A DNA stretch of 24,445 bases from contig JAWOBF010000110.1 of the NCBI GenBank assembly GCA_046498225.1, positions 1 to 24,445 of the forward strand, read 5' to 3'. Positions 1 to 8,365 of this stretch are shown here, piece by piece (position 1 is the first letter of the stretch; each line of letters begins with the position of its first letter). The DNA comes from Candidatus Aegiribacteria sp. Its GTDB lineage: Bacteria; Fermentibacterota; Fermentibacteria; Fermentibacterales; JCC-6. The translations under genes and the position numbers were made by a program. The notes under the pieces were generated by a model that was given only the letters and a program-made list of their open reading frames with translations, had not been told where the DNA came from and made no database searches.

Positions 1-2
1 TC

Positions 3-791
3 ACGGTGGTGGAGATGCTGCCCTCCATACTTCCCGGAGTGGACACGGACGTGAAGCTTGTGGTGGAGAAGTCCCTGAAGCGTTCCGGAGTGAAGCTTCA
101 TACAGGAAGCGGCGCCGTGGACGTGGAATTCACCGGCGGCTCCGTCGCGGTCACGCTGGAAAACGGCACCCGGCTCGCCGCCGGGAAGCTCCTGGTCTCG
201 GTGGGAAGAAGGGCCAGGACCGGCGGACTGGGTCTGGATGCCGCCGGGGTCCGATATACTCCCGCCGGAATAACCACTGATGAGAACCAGATGACGAACC
301 TCGACGGTGTCTACGCCGCCGGCGATGTCACCGGCAAATGGCAGCTTGCCCACGCCGCCAGCGCCCAGGCGCTTGCCGCCGTGGACCACATGTTCGGCAG
401 CGGCCATCGAAAGGTGGACCCCGATGCCATGCCCGGATGCATCTTCACTTCCCCTGAGATAGCCACGGTGGGGCCCGGTCAGGATGAATGGGAGGAGAGA
501 GGCGTGCCTGTCACCGCCGGTGTCTCCCGCTATATAGCCAACGGCAAGGCGGTGGGAATGAACGAAACCGAGGGATTTGTGAAGATAGTTGCCAGAAAGT
601 CCGACGGGGTGGTGGTGGGTGTCCAGATAGTGGGCGCTCACGCCAGCAGCATGGCGGGACAGGCCGTCATGGCCGTCAACATGGGAGTGAAGGCGTCGGA
701 GATAGGCGAGATGGTCCATCCGCATCCTACCCTCTCGGAACTCTTCATGGAGGCCGGGGAGGCCTTCGGGGCCGGTCCAATCCATGGATGA
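3..791 (+). CDS. lpdA: Dihydrolipoyl dehydrogenase (E3), 5'-truncated by the window edge
   Basis: Has VSVGR, the FAD motif VYAAGDV, QLAHAASAQA, PGCIFTSPEIATVG and the C-terminal catalytic motif HPHPTLSE. The frame is open from the window start. Confidence 0.92.
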   Translation, partial: TVVEMLPSILPGVDTDVKLVVEKSLKRSGVKLHTGSGAVDVEFTGGSVAVTLENGTRLAAGKLLVSVGRRARTGGLGLDAAGVRYTPAGITTDENQMTNLDGVYAAGDVTGKWQLAHAASAQALAAVDHMFGSGHRKVDPDAMPGCIFTSPEIATVGPGQDEWEERGVPVTAGVSRYIANGKAVGMNETEGFVKIVARKSDGVVVGVQIVGAHASSMAGQAVMAVNMGVKASEIGEMVHPHPTLSELFMEAGEAFGAGPIHG

Positions 792-1569
792 CGCCATCAG
801 GGAATTCACCGACGCCCTCTCCAGTCTGGTGAGGATAGTCATCAGGCTTCGAAGCCCCTCCGGATGCAGCTGGGACAGGCAGCAGACTGTGGAATCACTC
901 AGCCCCTTCATGCTGGAGGAGGCCTACGAAGTGGTGGAAGCCATCGACAGCGGTGACAGGGAACTCCTGAGGAACGAGCTCGGGGACCTCCTGCTCCATG
1001 TGATAATGTCCGCCCTCATCTGCCAGGAGAACGGCGTATTCACCCTGAGCGAAGTGGTGGAGGCCATCTCGGCCAAGCTGGTCCGAAGGCATCCCCACGT
1101 CTTCGATGACAGGAACACTCTGTCCCCGCAGGAGGTGGAGAAGCAGTGGGAAGCCATCAAGGCCTCGGAGAAGGGGAGCGAGGGTTTCTTCGGATCGGTG
1201 CCTGTGAGCATGCCAGCCCTTCAGACAGCCTGGAGGATACAGCAGAGAGCTTCGGAGGTGGGCTTCGACTGGCCCGACGCGGCGGGGGCGAGGGAGAAGA
1301 TATTCGAGGAGATGGAAGAGTTCGAGGAAGCCCTGGAGACAGGTGATGAAAAAGCACAGGAGGATGAGCTGGGAGATATGCTGTTCAGCATGGTGAACTA
1401 CTCCAGGCTGCTGGGACTCCAGTCCGAGGCTGCGCTGAGGGCAGCCAACAGGAAATTCATCCGCAGGTTTACCAGGATGGAGGAAATACTCGGGGAATCG
1501 GGCCTCTCACTGGAGGAAGCTGGCCTGGAGACAATGGAGAGCGCCTGGCGGAGGGCCAAGTCGGAATGA
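784..1569 (+). CDS. mazG: Nucleoside triphosphate pyrophosphohydrolase MazG
   Basis: Has LRSPSGCSWDRQQT, LEEAYEV, ELGDLL, KLVRRHPHVF, GFDW, ELGDMLF and ANRKF, i.e. tandem MazG domains. Overlaps the lpdA end by 8 nt. Confidence 0.95.
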   Translation: MDDAIREFTDALSSLVRIVIRLRSPSGCSWDRQQTVESLSPFMLEEAYEVVEAIDSGDRELLRNELGDLLLHVIMSALICQENGVFTLSEVVEAISAKLVRRHPHVFDDRNTLSPQEVEKQWEAIKASEKGSEGFFGSVPVSMPALQTAWRIQQRASEVGFDWPDAAGAREKIFEEMEEFEEALETGDEKAQEDELGDMLFSMVNYSRLLGLQSEAALRAANRKFIRRFTRMEEILGESGLSLEEAGLETMESAWRRAKSE

Positions 1570-1572
1570 TGC

Positions 1573-2922
1573 TCACTTGCTCTGCTTGTGCTGGTACATC
1601 CTCCGGTCGGCCTCGGACAGAGCTTCCCTGATGGAGACGCCGCCTTCGGGATCCCAGTGGGAATGACCCACTGATATGGTCACCGGCCGGCCGGTGAGCT
1701 TTACCGTCTTCTCCGCCAGCAGGGAATCGTTATTCAGTATCCTTTCCCTTACCACGGCCGCGCTGCTCCCGGTCTCCACGAGTATCATGATGAACTCGTC
1801 GCCGCCGTACCGAATCAGGTAATCGGATTCTCTCACCGATACCGACAGGAAGTCGGCCACCGCCCTCAAGACCCTGTCCCCGGTGATGTGGCCGAAGCGA
1901 TCGTTTATCTCCTTGAAATTGTCTATGTCCACCATCAAAAAGCCTATACTGCTCTTGTACCTCTCAGCTCTCCGTTTCTCCCTGTTCAGGGCTATGGGGA
2001 AGAAATTGCGGTTCAGCACGCCGGTGAGGGGGTCGTGTATGGCAAGGGTCCTCAGTTTCCTCTCCAGGGTGATCCTGTCCATGGTTTCAAGCAGGTGTCC
2101 AGCCAGCATCTCCAGCATGCTGGTTTCGTCTCCGGAGAAGGCGTGCGGCTCCCGGGAAAGACACTGGAATACCGCGCCGGACCCCACCGGTATCGAGACC
2201 CCGGAGGCGAATTCCCCGCCCTCCGGGCCCGCTACCGGTATGTCCTCCCTGCTGCTGAACTGGAAGGTCCGTTTCTCTGTGAAGGTCATACCCGCAAGGC
2301 CGAAATCCAGCGCTGAACCGCTCCCCGCCTGGTGGGTGAGCTGGGGAGAGGCGGCCAGAACGGTGAACGAGCCGTTCTTCCGGGCGAGTATTCGGCTCAC
2401 GGTGCCGGGGAGGAGCGAACCCGCGGATTCCACGGCCAGCCGGTAGGCGTTCTTCAGCTTCGAGCAGCCCTCCAGCTTCGAGGCGGTGTCGTGAAGTATC
2501 CGCAGCCTTCTCCTGGTCTTGCGCAGCTGCCAGTCCAGGTGCTTCCTTTCTATTGAATGGCGGATGCTCCTCATCAGCGTGCCCGGGTCTACGCGGCCCT
2601 TGACCAGATAGTCCTGCGCTCCGGCCTTGAGCGCTTTCAGCTCCATGCCCTCGTCGTCTATCGCCGTGAGAACAACCAGAGGGGTCCTTACCGCCCTGCG
2701 GCAGATCTCCTGCACCGTATCGTTCCCGGAGCTGTCCGGAAGGTCGAGGTCGCTTACGATAACATGAAAATCCATTTCCGATAACTTCTGCAGGGCTTCC
2801 TGGAGGCTGCCGGCCCGGTCCATGCTGAAACTGCCCGACGGGACCGCATCCAGTATCTCCCTGAATGCGGCGGCGGCGTCCGGGTCGCTCTCGACAAGGA
2901 GGACATCAATCGTTGAACTGAT
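1573..2922 (-). CDS. Response-regulator diguanylate cyclase (REC-GAF-GGDEF)
   Basis: REC domain (VLLVESD, DLDLPD, LT, GAQDYLVK), a central GAF-like region, then HDPLTG, DIDNFK, NDRFGH, the I-site RESD and RYGGDEF. The 5' extension of the listed ORF overlaps the divergent gene, so the start is placed at ATC 2922 after GGAGGT (start uncertain). Confidence 0.88.
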   Translation of the reverse strand: MSSTIDVLLVESDPDAAAAFREILDAVPSGSFSMDRAGSLQEALQKLSEMDFHVIVSDLDLPDSSGNDTVQEICRRAVRTPLVVLTAIDDEGMELKALKAGAQDYLVKGRVDPGTLMRSIRHSIERKHLDWQLRKTRRRLRILHDTASKLEGCSKLKNAYRLAVESAGSLLPGTVSRILARKNGSFTVLAASPQLTHQAGSGSALDFGLAGMTFTEKRTFQFSSREDIPVAGPEGGEFASGVSIPVGSGAVFQCLSREPHAFSGDETSMLEMLAGHLLETMDRITLERKLRTLAIHDPLTGVLNRNFFPIALNREKRRAERYKSSIGFLMVDIDNFKEINDRFGHITGDRVLRAVADFLSVSVRESDYLIRYGGDEFIMILVETGSSAAVVRERILNNDSLLAEKTVKLTGRPVTISVGHSHWDPEGGVSIREALSEADRRMYQHKQSK

Positions 2923-3094
2923 CCCAAAACCTCCGGTGGAATGGTGGCCGACGGTTGCTTTCAGCCGCAGATGCTCATTGAAATAGAACACGGACGGTAC
3001 CGTCGTCAATAGCCCTGCCGGGAATAAATATTGACTTTGCCGCCTGTGAAAGCAATCTATGAGCATGCACTGCATTCTTTCACGGGAGGGAGTC
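2923..3094. promoter_or_regulatory. Divergent promoter region with back-to-back TTGAC -35-like boxes and a palindrome
   Basis: GTCAATA(3005-3011)-N17-TATTGAC(3029-3035) inverted repeat; 12-bp palindrome GACGGTACCGTC (2993-3004); SD-like GGAGGT (minus, 2934-2929) and GGGAGG (plus, 3084-3089). Confidence 0.5.
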
Positions 3095-4021
3095 ATGGCA
3101 TTGAGCGTCCATCCGATTTTTCTTCCGCTCCTGGCCTCGACGCTTGCGGCGGGGGGGACCGGGCCCGGGCCTGTGCAGGGGGATACCCTTTCCAGGGTCC
3201 GGCTTCCGCCCGGGCACGTTGCCACGGTCCTGTGCACCGGCATAAATGGCGCTGACGGGCTGGCCCTCTCCTCGGAAGGAGAGCTTTACGCCGCCGCTGA
3301 GACCGAGGGAGCCCTCTACCGGATTGACCTGTCCGGATCGGCCGAGACGGTGGTCCGGGACCTGGACCATCCCGAGGGAGTGGCTGTGGACACCACGACC
3401 GGAACGGTATACGTAACCGAGGATACCGAACACGGAAGGCTGCTGGCCCTGCGTTCCGACGGTAACGTTACTGTCATCGGAGACAGCCTGCAGTATCCCG
3501 AGGGAGTAGCCGTGTCCGGGAACGGTTCTGTCTTCGTGACCGAATCCAGCGCTGAGACAGGCAGGCTGCCGCCGTTCCTGACCGGTGTGCGGCGCCTGGG
3601 GGAGAACGGTTCTTCCGTGGTCTACAGTTCCCTCTATCTCTGGAGCTTCTCCGATCTGCTGGCGGACAGCGCGGGAACGCTCTACCTGTGCAACGAGACT
3701 TCGGGAATTCTCTTCGTGACGGGATCGGTTATAAGGGTGAACCCTTCCACAGGGGAGGGAGAGGTCTTCGCTGCCGGCCTTTCCAGGTGCGAGGGCATCT
3801 GCTCCACCCCGGGGAGCTTCTTTCCCCTCTACGTGGCGGAGGAGGACCTGGGAGAAGGCCGCGGCAGGATCTCGGCCGTGCACCGGGACGGTAGCGTTTC
3901 GGTGGTGGCGGAGGGTTTCTACAACGTAGAGGATGTTGCGGTGGACGGTTCCGGACGCATCTTCGTCAGCGAGGACACCACCGGGATGATAATCATGATA
4001 CTTCCGCCCCGGGGCCCCTGA
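3095..4021 (+). CDS. Secreted beta-propeller protein (NHL / SMP-30-gluconolactonase-like repeats)
   Basis: Repeated motifs ADGLAL, PEGVAVD, PEGVAVS, SDLLAD, CEGIC and VEDVAVD; hydrophobic signal-like N-terminus; ATG 3095 follows GGGAGGGAG. Confidence 0.75.
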   Translation: MALSVHPIFLPLLASTLAAGGTGPGPVQGDTLSRVRLPPGHVATVLCTGINGADGLALSSEGELYAAAETEGALYRIDLSGSAETVVRDLDHPEGVAVDTTTGTVYVTEDTEHGRLLALRSDGNVTVIGDSLQYPEGVAVSGNGSVFVTESSAETGRLPPFLTGVRRLGENGSSVVYSSLYLWSFSDLLADSAGTLYLCNETSGILFVTGSVIRVNPSTGEGEVFAAGLSRCEGICSTPGSFFPLYVAEEDLGEGRGRISAVHRDGSVSVVAEGFYNVEDVAVDGSGRIFVSEDTTGMIIMILPPRGP

Positions 4022-4022
4022 A

Positions 4023-5852
4023 TCAGGGAACCAGCCTTCCCGTTATCAGCTCCAGCTCCATCTCCTCACCGTCCCTCGACAAAGTGACCGGAACGGGAAC
4101 ACCTTCGGAGTCCGGCAGCAGTGTATCCATCGTTCCCAGATGCTCCGCGCCCACCCCGGTTCCGTTCACCGCCAGCAGAACGTCCCCCGGTTCCATGCCG
4201 GCCGCATGGGCGGGCGAGCCTTCCACCACCCTGCGAACCATGAGGCTGTCCCCCTGGACTTCCAGCCCAAGCCCGGTCAGGGTCTCCGGAAGCCCTTCAT
4301 CGAAGAGCGAGGATGGCGACAGCACGACCCTGCCGGCCCGGTAGTCCAGGTACACCCTGAACCGGCTGAGGATACCGTTGCCCAGTATCCCGTCGTACGC
4401 GCTGAACATTTCCCCGCCGTCGAAACTGGAGCACAGCCCTCCGGGAACGGTATGGTCGCCCAGGGTCACGCTGGATACCCGGAAGCCGGTGATGGTCTCG
4501 GAGCCGCCCACACCCTGTATCTCCGTCTCGAAGGAGGGCCTTCCTTCCAGGAAGTCCGGGTTTTCCCGAAAGAAGGAGGGTGTAAGATGGATGTTCCCTC
4601 CGGCCCCGGTATCCAGAAGGAGCCTGACCGGAACCGAATCCTCCAGTACGGCCTCGATGGAGAGAAGGCTCATGCTCCGTTCGGCGGGAAGGACCGTCGC
4701 CCGGGGGTCCTCTGTCCGGAAGCTGTCCGGGTGGAAGAGAGTGATAGTCTCCCGGCCGTAGTCTATTCCGGTGACGAATCGGCTGAGGAAATCGTAGCCG
4801 ATTATCATGTCTATCCTCTCTCCGGTGGAGGGGTAGAACTCCTCGGACAGGGGCATTACCGCAAGGGTCTGGTCCCTTACCCCGGCTCCCGCGGCGGAGT
4901 AGCTGTCCACTTTGACGAAGGAGAACTCCCGAGTCCCGCCTATACCCCGCGCGGGCAGTCTGCCGGTGCTCTCCAGCCCAAGGCTCACAGCCAGGGAACT
5001 GTCCAGGACCGTGGCTCCGGCGCCGCTGTCCAGCAGCACGTTCACCGGCGTTCCGTTGATCTCCCCCTCCAGGTATATATGCTCGCCCCTGAGGGAGATA
5101 GGGTGCGGAGTTCCCGAAGCGGCCAGCTCCCAGTCACCGGCCCCCGCGGTAAGGGCGAAGATGGATTCCGGCACCGCAACATTGTATTCTGTAAGTAAGT
5201 TCCGGCTTTCTATCTCCTGCCCCATCGCCGGAATGGTGCTCAGGCTGCGGGTCGCCGTGACCACGCCGTCGACCTCGCGGTAATCGCCGGGGTAGCTCCT
5301 CACCTCGATGCCCATGGTGACCGCCCGCATCATCACCGGCAGCCAGGTTTCACGGGAGTGATAGAACACCACGTTGGGCTGGTCGTCCAGTCTCAGGGGC
5401 ACGGTCAGAACGCTGTCCACCAGCGTGTCCGGGCCAGGGCTGACCGCGGCCGGATCCAGGAGGTGGTCGTAGAAGATGGTTGCCCTGGAGAGTTCCATCT
5501 GGTCGCGTTCCTCCACTCCTCCTGGGGAGAGGTGGCCGTTCCGGTCCACCGTCCATACGCTGTCCCCCTGTATGAGGACCTCCTGCCTCACCGGTCCTAT
5601 GCTGGTCACTGAAAGTCCCATGAAGGGTTCTCTGACCCACCATGACTCCGTGGTCCCGGCCATTCCCGCCATGGAGATGCTGTCCACGGTGTGAATGACC
5701 ATCAGCTCCCTGAGGACCTCCTCCCCTCCCAGCGCCCGAACGCAGCTGTCGGTCACGGACACGGAGTCCGCTGTCGGAGTTCCGTTTTCTCCGCATGACG
5801 CGAGCAGTGTCAGAACTATCGATCCTATCGTCAGAGTAACGCGATTCTTCAT
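4023..5852 (-). CDS. Lipoprotein with two retropepsin-like aspartyl protease domains and a C-terminal PDZ domain
   Basis: Lipobox LLASC; LLDSGA...IIGYDFL and LLDTGA...GILGNGIL; PDZ signature GLGL...VVEGSPAHAAGMEPGDVLLAVNG; GGGAGG SD upstream. Confidence 0.88.
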   Translation of the reverse strand: MKNRVTLTIGSIVLTLLASCGENGTPTADSVSVTDSCVRALGGEEVLRELMVIHTVDSISMAGMAGTTESWWVREPFMGLSVTSIGPVRQEVLIQGDSVWTVDRNGHLSPGGVEERDQMELSRATIFYDHLLDPAAVSPGPDTLVDSVLTVPLRLDDQPNVVFYHSRETWLPVMMRAVTMGIEVRSYPGDYREVDGVVTATRSLSTIPAMGQEIESRNLLTEYNVAVPESIFALTAGAGDWELAASGTPHPISLRGEHIYLEGEINGTPVNVLLDSGAGATVLDSSLAVSLGLESTGRLPARGIGGTREFSFVKVDSYSAAGAGVRDQTLAVMPLSEEFYPSTGERIDMIIGYDFLSRFVTGIDYGRETITLFHPDSFRTEDPRATVLPAERSMSLLSIEAVLEDSVPVRLLLDTGAGGNIHLTPSFFRENPDFLEGRPSFETEIQGVGGSETITGFRVSSVTLGDHTVPGGLCSSFDGGEMFSAYDGILGNGILSRFRVYLDYRAGRVVLSPSSLFDEGLPETLTGLGLEVQGDSLMVRRVVEGSPAHAAGMEPGDVLLAVNGTGVGAEHLGTMDTLLPDSEGVPVPVTLSRDGEEMELELITGRLVP

Positions 5853-5874
5853 GCGGGCCTCCCGGTCAGATTCA

Positions 5875-6870
5875 TCATTTTACTGTAAGAAGGAACAGTG
5901 GAAAGATTCCAAGGATTGCGCTGATGACCTCAGGGTCCGCGAACGCGGCGGTCATGGATACCGAAAGGTCCGCGTCCGACTGGGAGTAAAAGGCGGATAC
6001 CTCGTGGCCGCCGGTGCTTTCCAGGTCCCACAGCGGTATCATGTCCGTGGGACAGTGGGCCATGCCTCTCAGGGAATCGGCGTGGAACAGGGTTACGTCC
6101 ACAGGCATGCCATCCTGTTCCAGGTGGTTCCAGGCATGGAAAAGCAGCCCGTCCTCAGCTGTCCTGAGGAGCCCCCCTGTTACCGTGAGTTCCATCCCCT
6201 CTCCGCCGGCCATCTCCTTCAGGCGGAAGGCCAGTTCCAGGCAGGGTCCCGGGCCGTCCTCCGAATGGGTTACCTCCATGGACCTGATCATGCCGGCGAG
6301 CCTCCCGGGACCGTCCGGTCCCGAACCATCTCCCCGGGTGTCCCGAAGAGGCCTGTAGGTGTGGGGCACCTGTGTCACGCGTATCAGCAGGGGGAGTACG
6401 GCAGTCCGCCCCGGACCCAGTACCGGCAGGCTGCAGCTCATGGTGGCGGCGCCGGGGGTGAAGACTCCCGCCACGTGATCGATGCTCTGGTAGGGCGGGT
6501 GGGGCACGGGAAGGGGTATCTCCACGCGAACCGCCTCCGCCGCGCCGGGGCCTTCGTTGGTGACCCTGACGCTGAGGACTATCAGCGTGTCCAGCGGCCC
6601 GGCGCCCGTGAGCCTCTCGGCAAGCCATTCCCGGACACCAGGGTCTTCCGCGGAATTGAGGGCCATCCGGTAGACCGCCTGCGCCCGCTCGAACCGCCCT
6701 GCCAGCTCCAGCATTGAGCCCAGGTCCACCACCGGCATTCCTCCGTCCCTGGCGGCCAGTTCCGCGAAAAGAACGGCCCTTTCCGGTATTTCCCGAATGC
6801 TCACCATGCTCCAGCTGGAATCGGAGGGTGAATAGCCGTAGGCCAGCATTATCGCCAGGAGAATGCTCAA
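5875..6870 (-). CDS. Exported transglutaminase-like (Cys-His-Asp) protein with a short TPR-like and an Ig/DUF11-like segment
   Basis: Triad pattern GPCLELA...FHAWN...VDVT; LGSMLELAGRFERAQAVY is TPR-like; VRVTNEGPGAAEAV is Ig/DUF11-like; the TTG start overlaps the upstream stop (TTGA). Confidence 0.6.
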   Translation of the reverse strand: MSILLAIMLAYGYSPSDSSWSMVSIREIPERAVLFAELAARDGGMPVVDLGSMLELAGRFERAQAVYRMALNSAEDPGVREWLAERLTGAGPLDTLIVLSVRVTNEGPGAAEAVRVEIPLPVPHPPYQSIDHVAGVFTPGAATMSCSLPVLGPGRTAVLPLLIRVTQVPHTYRPLRDTRGDGSGPDGPGRLAGMIRSMEVTHSEDGPGPCLELAFRLKEMAGGEGMELTVTGGLLRTAEDGLLFHAWNHLEQDGMPVDVTLFHADSLRGMAHCPTDMIPLWDLESTGGHEVSAFYSQSDADLSVSMTAAFADPEVISAILGIFPLFLLTVK

Positions 6871-8090
6871 CTTTGAAGTCCCCTGACCGGGTCCAGCCCC
6901 GCCGCCTTCATAGCCGGCAGTATGCCCGAGGCCAGGCTCAGCAGAAATGCCAGGGAAGCCACCGCGGCGACCTGCGGAGGGGAAACCCTCACGGGTATGT
7001 TCTCATGGAACGAGTAGACGTCCGGCAGGGTTATAAGCCCGGTTTCCCCTATGAGCCAGCACCCGGACAGTCCCAGGAGTATTCCCAGAAATACACCCGT
7101 CATGCCTACGATGATGCCCTCCCAGAGGAATATCCTGAATACGAGCCTGTTCCCGGCCCCCATCGCCTTCAGCACGGAGATGTCCTTCCTTCTCTCTATG
7201 GCCGACCGCGCTATGGTTCCCATGATGTTGAAAGTGGCCACCAGGGTTATGAGGAGAATTGCCAGGAACGCCCCCATTCTCTCCAGCTTCATGGATGCGG
7301 TCAGGTCGGGATTGAGCTGCCTCCATGTCCTTACGGATACCCCCTCGGGGACGAGGCGCGACAGGGCGTCGGCGGTCTGTCCCGGCGAGAAGCCCTCTGC
7401 CGGGTAGACCTTGATGCCGCTGTACCCCCCCCGGGGGAGGTACATCCTTCGGGCCATGTCTATGTGAACGTAGGCCAGGGTTTCATCGTTCACCGGAAGA
7501 CCTGTCTCCAGGGCTCCCTTCAGAACGGCCCGTCCAATGCCGTGGCCACGGCTGGAAAAGAAGGCGCCCGGAGGGAACAGGTACAGTGTGTCCCCAACGG
7601 AGTGGTAGAACTGTTCCGCCAGGTAAAGGCCCATGATAAGGCCGTTCTCTCCGTCCGGAGTGGTGAGGTTGAGTTCGCCGTAGGAGAGCTTGTCCTCCAT
7701 CCGGCCGCCCGCGAATTCCCGGTCCGGGTCAACTCCCCTCACCCGGCAGCCGGTGTCCACACCTCTGGAGGGCATTCGTACAATGGCCTCTCCCTGGACG
7801 TACGGGGACAGGCAGCCCACCTCATCCAGGGACTCCATGCTCAGCAGGGTGCTGTCCGACATCAGAAAGGACCCTCCGGTGTCGGGCAGGACCGTGAGCG
7901 GAGCGTCCACGGTAATGACCGACTCCTCTATGAAGCCCTCCAGCCCTGACAGGACGCTCATGACGATTATCAGAGCCCCCACGCCCAGGGTCACTCCGGC
8001 CACGCTGACCACGGTGGAAAAGGCCAGGTGCTTCCGCCTGGGATGCCTTCTGAGGTATCTCCATGCCAGATGCCAGGAAAGAGAATTCAT
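6867..8090 (-). CDS. LolC/LolE-family (MacB/FtsX-type) ABC transporter permease
   Basis: LAWRYLR, GVTLGVGALIIVMSVLSG, a periplasmic domain, VATFNI, ERRKDISVLKAMGA, IFLWEG and PAMKAAGLDPVRGL; GGAGGA SD at 8099-8094. Confidence 0.88.
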   Translation of the reverse strand: MNSLSWHLAWRYLRRHPRRKHLAFSTVVSVAGVTLGVGALIIVMSVLSGLEGFIEESVITVDAPLTVLPDTGGSFLMSDSTLLSMESLDEVGCLSPYVQGEAIVRMPSRGVDTGCRVRGVDPDREFAGGRMEDKLSYGELNLTTPDGENGLIMGLYLAEQFYHSVGDTLYLFPPGAFFSSRGHGIGRAVLKGALETGLPVNDETLAYVHIDMARRMYLPRGGYSGIKVYPAEGFSPGQTADALSRLVPEGVSVRTWRQLNPDLTASMKLERMGAFLAILLITLVATFNIMGTIARSAIERRKDISVLKAMGAGNRLVFRIFLWEGIIVGMTGVFLGILLGLSGCWLIGETGLITLPDVYSFHENIPVRVSPPQVAAVASLAFLLSLASGILPAMKAAGLDPVRGLQS

Positions 8091-8145
8091 CCGTCCTCCG
8101 CCCCCGCTGCGCCGGGCAGGCGGGTATGCCCGGCCGGCCTGTTGA

Positions 8146-8173
8146 TTGACTTCCGCGCGTAATATACTACTCT
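8146..8173 (+). promoter_or_regulatory. Sigma70-like promoter for the structured RNA and/or the C25 operon
   Basis: TTGACT (8146-8151), 16 nt, TACTCT (8168-8173), in a locally AT-rich patch. TATACT at 8163-8168 is an alternative -10. Confidence 0.45.
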
Positions 8174-8181
8174 CTGGTCAA

Positions 8182-8361
8182 AGGGTCCCTGAAGCGAACC
8201 GGGGCCGGACAGCCAGTCAGATACGGCCTCCGGGGAACCTATCCCTTCGGGGGGAGATATATTGCACGGGCTCAGTGTATTCTTCATTACCCGGCTTTGC
8301 GGGCCTGCCTCTGCCGTACCTCCGGCAACCTGGTCGCCTGCCGGATACAGGAAAGGAACCT
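8182..8361 (+). ncRNA. Candidate ~180-nt structured RNA (6S/SsrS-like rod or cis-regulatory leader)
   Basis: Nested pairings 8194-8209 with 8321-8337, 8222-8227 with 8313-8318 and 8230-8237 with 8287-8294; C-UUCG-G hairpin 8242-8253; hairpin 8253-8264 with 8273-8285. Lies just downstream of a promoter-like sequence. Confidence 0.45.
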
Positions 8362-8365
8362 CGAT

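Noticed and set aside
2923..3243. N-terminal extension of the 556-aa GGDEF ORF
   Set aside because: It overlaps the divergent beta-propeller gene and the promoter region and does not look like protein; the REC domain begins near 2910.
4140..5198. 352-aa plus-strand ORF
   Set aside because: Antisense shadow of the aspartyl protease gene.
5695..7949. Long plus-strand ORFs of 340 aa and 411 aa
   Set aside because: They are antisense to well-supported genes and have no motifs, as expected for shadow ORFs in high-GC DNA.
8111..8134. 8-bp GC hairpin GCCGGGCA/TGCCCGGC as a terminator
   Set aside because: No U-tract and it lies between divergent starts; at most a 5' UTR hairpin of the permease gene.
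8182..8361. Cobalamin, TPP, FMN or c-di-AMP riboswitch assignment
   Set aside because: Only short fragments such as GGGAA and CCTGCC match; the core consensus elements were not found by eye.
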